NCBI GenBank assembly: GCA_039588295.1
Contig: JBDHAB010000061.1
Coordinates: 1-18,767 of the forward strand
From: Gemmatimonadota bacterium
Lineage (GTDB): Bacteria; Gemmatimonadota; Gemmatimonadetes; Gemmatimonadales; GWC2-71-9
DNA length: 18,767 nt
Direction of reading: 5' to 3'
Below, piece after piece: positions 16,592 through 18,767 of this stretch. A model generated the notes under the pieces. That model saw only the letters and a program-made list of their open reading frames with translations, was not told the origin of the DNA and did no database searches. Each line of letters begins with the position of its first letter. Positions within the stretch are counted from its first letter, which is position 1. The position numbers and the translations under genes were made by a program.

Positions 16592-16963
16592 GTGGTGAGG
16601 AAGAACACGCAAACCGAGTCCCGCGATCTTTCTCACCACAGGGACAGATCGTCAGAAGCCCCGGGGGCGCAAGCCTCCGGGGTTTCGCGTTCCATCTCCT
16701 TCATCCGCAAAGACGACCCGAAGGGCATCTACCTCGTCCTGGACGACCAGGCCCCGCAGATCCTCATTTCCGCCTTCGAGGAGAAGATCGCCAAGTACCC
16801 CGGCGACCTACAGCGTGCGGCCAAATTCACCCTCATTACCCGCCGCCACCACAAGGAGACTCTCCCGCCCGCGCTCGTCGCCCAAATCTGCGCCGAGCTG
16901 AGCGGCTTCCTCTACCGCGAAAAGCACCCCGGACTGCCCGCATCGGGGGACGCCGGCTCGTGA
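16592..16963 (+). CDS. Hypothetical protein (123 aa) whose first ~32 codons are RNA hairpins
   Basis: Downstream part has coding-like codons and a GTGA overlap with the next gene. The only in-frame starts are GTG GTG at 16592/16595. Confidence 0.6.
   Translation: MVRKNTQTESRDLSHHRDRSSEAPGAQASGVSRSISFIRKDDPKGIYLVLDDQAPQILISAFEEKIAKYPGDLQRAAKFTLITRRHHKETLPPALVAQICAELSGFLYREKHPGLPASGDAGS
16655..16686 (+). terminator. 14-bp hairpin with GCAA (GNRA) loop; terminator/attenuator-like
   Basis: GAAGCCCCGGGGGC-GCAA-GCCTCCGGGGTTTC. Two G-U pairs work only on the plus strand. Confidence 0.65.
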
Positions 16964-17694
16964 CCGACTTCCGCGCGACCAAGCGTTACGTCATCCCGAA
17001 GGCCAGATTCCGGCTCCTCCACTTCCTCAGGCGAGGCCACCAGCTCGTCTACGAGCACACCCGCACGGGGGACGGAACCTGCTGGGTTTCGCTCGAGTGT
17101 TCGCGCGCCGATTGCCACTGGCGGCTCGCCAGTACCGCCTTCCCGCCGAAGGCTGGTGAGCGCTCCGAGCTCGCCCAGGCCCACGCCCGAGATTCCCTCC
17201 AGTCCTGGCCGTGCCCCTGCGGCTTCGCACGCATCGGCCCGTTCTGCGACCGCTGCGGCTGGGACGGCAACCGGCTCGGAGTCTTCGCTGACCACCCGCT
17301 CGCTACGGAACCGCGCGGCCAGTCTGCCCCGGGGGCGGGTCTAGGCAACCCCGTCGACGAACCCCCGGGGCCCACCCTGCTCTCCTACTTCGGAGGCGCC
17401 GAGACGGTCGGCCCGACCCTCAAGGACCACCCGCTCGCCGACGGCGGCCTTCGCTGCCCCTGCGGCCTCACGACTCACAGCGCCATCTACCCCGCTTTCT
17501 GCGAGGGGCTCCCAGCGCCCCCCGCCACATCACGAACGAACCAAGCACCTCCTCGGCTCTCGGGAACTGGCCCGAGCACGCCCTCCATGCCGGTTGAACC
17601 TGGACAGACACCCGCGCCGGCATCCGAGAAAGCCCATGACCAGGGCGAGCGTGACCCGAGCGATTCGGACGGTCCCCCTTCCAGGCTCCGCTGA
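16960..17694 (+). CDS. Cys/His-rich hypothetical protein (244 aa) with putative zinc fingers and a disordered Pro-rich tail
   Basis: Likely start is GTG 16960 (GTGA overlap), not 16579. Motifs CSRADC, CPCG...CDRCG, CPCG...H...C, and DHPLA twice. Confidence 0.6.
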   Translation: MTDFRATKRYVIPKARFRLLHFLRRGHQLVYEHTRTGDGTCWVSLECSRADCHWRLASTAFPPKAGERSELAQAHARDSLQSWPCPCGFARIGPFCDRCGWDGNRLGVFADHPLATEPRGQSAPGAGLGNPVDEPPGPTLLSYFGGAETVGPTLKDHPLADGGLRCPCGLTTHSAIYPAFCEGLPAPPATSRTNQAPPRLSGTGPSTPSMPVEPGQTPAPASEKAHDQGERDPSDSDGPPSRLR

Positions 17695-17812
17695 CCGACC
17701 CCGTTCGCCGCGTACCGAGAGTGGGAAAATACCAACGCCGCGAAAAATCGCGCGCCACCCCTATAAGAGGTGCGGAGTCCTCCACTCACCCTCCCCATGC
17801 TACGAGTCGTCC

Positions 17813-18030
17813 ATGCCGGTGACTCGCACGGGGGGTGGAGTCGGCAGGAGATCGGGGGCGGTCGCCACAACCGTCGGGGTAGCTCGGGCCCGATCGACCG
17901 GCGTTCATCAGAAACCCCCCCGTAGGACCGCACCGATTCCGCGGAGCGGAACTCGGGAGGACCGCACGCCCTCGGCAGAGAGGTCCCCTGCCCTCGATAC
18001 CTCGACTCGCGCGAGCGTCGAGGCATCATC
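17813..18030 (+). ncRNA. Putative structured non-coding RNA upstream of the tRNA-like gene
   Basis: Consecutive and nested stems: GACTC/GAGTC, GATCGGG/CCCGATC enclosing GGCGGT/ACCGTC, TTCCGC-GGA-GCGGAA, GGCAG/CTGCC, CCTCGAC/GTCGAGG with GCGA loop. AGGACCGCAC direct repeat at 17924 and 17958. No convincing ORF. Confidence 0.45.
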
Positions 18031-18039
18031 CCAGGTCTT

Positions 18040-18111
18040 CGCGGGAGCGCGTGGGCGCACGCTGGGCCCATAACCCGGCACCGGGGGGTTCGACTCCCCC
18101 TCCCGCTACCA
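18040..18111 (+). tRNA. Atypical initiator-type tRNA-Met(CAT), 72 nt including encoded CCA, with shortened D-arm
   Basis: Acceptor CGCGGGA/TCCCGCT with C1:U72 mismatch, discriminator A and CCA. T-arm GGGGG-TTCGACT-CCCCC. Anticodon arm CTGGG-CCCATAA-CCCGG with three consecutive G-C pairs; CAT at 18069-18071. Confidence 0.85.
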
Positions 18112-18476
18112 GGGCGGATTCCGCCGCCACCTCACATCAGATCCCGCCCTTGACCGCAGGTGCGAATTGAACCCCGCCGCGCACCATTTCGCACCCATCC
18201 AGAGCCGGGGGGGGAGCTGATACCCCCCACCCGAGAGCCTGTTCGTATGGGACCCGATGAGACTCTGGCGGTGCGCGTTGGGGCCCCAAATCGGGTTTGC
18301 TTGACGGGGTCCGTCTCTCCTGCGCTCGCGCGCGAGCTGCCCGCTGCGCCGGCCTGGCGATGTCGCCTCTCCGGTAGAAGCGACACGCACGAGGGAGCTC
18401 GATGACGCTCGTGCTGTCTGCGGCCTTGAGAGCGCATGGCACGCGCGTCTGTATCGGCCCCGCACCTGGTGCTCGG

Positions 18477-18485
18477 TGCTACTCT
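18477..18485 (+). promoter_or_regulatory. Putative extended -10 promoter TG-C-TACTCT
   Basis: TGnTAnnnT with ATG 7 nt downstream. Same TACTCT hexamer as at 15737. Confidence 0.55.
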
Positions 18486-18492
18486 GGCCGGC

Positions 18493-18767
18493 ATGGCGAG
18501 AGGTGGATCGGCGAGGGATGACAGCCGAGCCCAGGATGGGGGGAGGCCATGGGTCAGGGATCACCGTCTGATCTTGCGGGTGACGGCCGGGGAGCTGCGA
18601 ACGCTGGCGCGGGTGGCGGAGGACTGGGGGCTGCCGGTCGGGACGGCTGCGTGGGCGATTCTCCGGGAGCGGCTCGACCAGTCCCGGCGTCGGGAGGTGT
18701 CGGTGCGGACGCCCGCGAGCCTGGCGCTGGCGCGGTTCATTCTCCGGGCGGACAGGCCGGGCGACAG
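18493..18767 (+). CDS. Partial (runs off window) ribbon-helix-helix-like DNA-binding protein, MARGGSARDD...VRDHRLILRVTAGELRTLARVAEDWGLPVGTAAWAILRERL
   Basis: Open from ATG 18493 to the edge. The RxxRLxLRVTxxExxxLxxxAxxxGxxV pattern is typical of CopG/MobC-type RHH proteins. No SD, so probably leaderless. Confidence 0.65.
   Translation, partial: MARGGSARDDSRAQDGGRPWVRDHRLILRVTAGELRTLARVAEDWGLPVGTAAWAILRERLDQSRRREVSVRTPASLALARFILRADRPGD

Noticed and set aside
16605..16686. Resemblance to a c-di-GMP-I riboswitch (GCAAACC ... GGGCGCAAGCCTCCGG)
   Set aside because: The spacing is too long, the GNRA-capped P2 and receptor elements are absent, and the second motif is explained by the 14-bp hairpin. 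An Rfam RF01051 search would settle it.
16579..16959. N-terminal 127 aa of the 371-aa ORF in the track
   Set aside because: It overlaps the better 123-aa ORF in another frame. The GTGA overlap at 16960 is the more likely start.
17720..17775. A-rich tracts and short inverted repeats (CGCGA-AAAA-TCGCG; CACC..TATAAG..GGTG) as an origin or promoter
   Set aside because: Too short and unspecific. There are no iterons and no well-spaced -35/-10 pair.
18084..18111. tRNA 3' end as a prophage attachment site
   Set aside because: The whole cloverleaf including the matching 5' acceptor strand is present, phage-like sequence continues on both sides, and no integrase is visible. It cannot be fully excluded without the flanks.
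18549..18767. ATG 18549 with SD-like GGAGG as the start of the last ORF
   Set aside because: That frame gives Gly/Ala low-complexity shadow sequence. The RHH-like frame starts at ATG 18493.

Overview
High-GC tailed-phage (Caudoviricetes) or prophage DNA in two divergent arms. The left arm (minus strand, 15615 to <1) is a translationally coupled late/structural operon. It starts with a putative fibre cassette: a 99-aa ORF, a 79-aa ORF, a 148-aa beta-rich protein, a 103-aa ORF, a 1948-aa repeat protein and a 113-aa adaptor-like protein. Three small ORFs follow, then small and large terminase, a P22-like portal, a frameshifted ORF, a conserved small head protein, scaffold, major capsid protein, a capsid-accessory protein and a truncated structural ORF. 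The right arm (plus strand, 15751 to >18767) holds small accessory genes, including an Acb2/Tad1-like anti-defence sponge candidate. It also has several promoters with apparently leaderless start codons, a densely structured non-coding stretch ending in an atypical initiator-type tRNA(CAT), and a truncated ribbon-helix-helix regulator. The most notable items are the repeat-scaffold fibre cassette, whose ~23-aa repeat also occurs once at the end of a separate small protein, and the structured RNA plus D-arm-shrunken tRNA-fMet-like gene. No integrase, lysis or replication genes are visible. The host cannot be determined. All family assignments are by motif recognition; no database searches were run.
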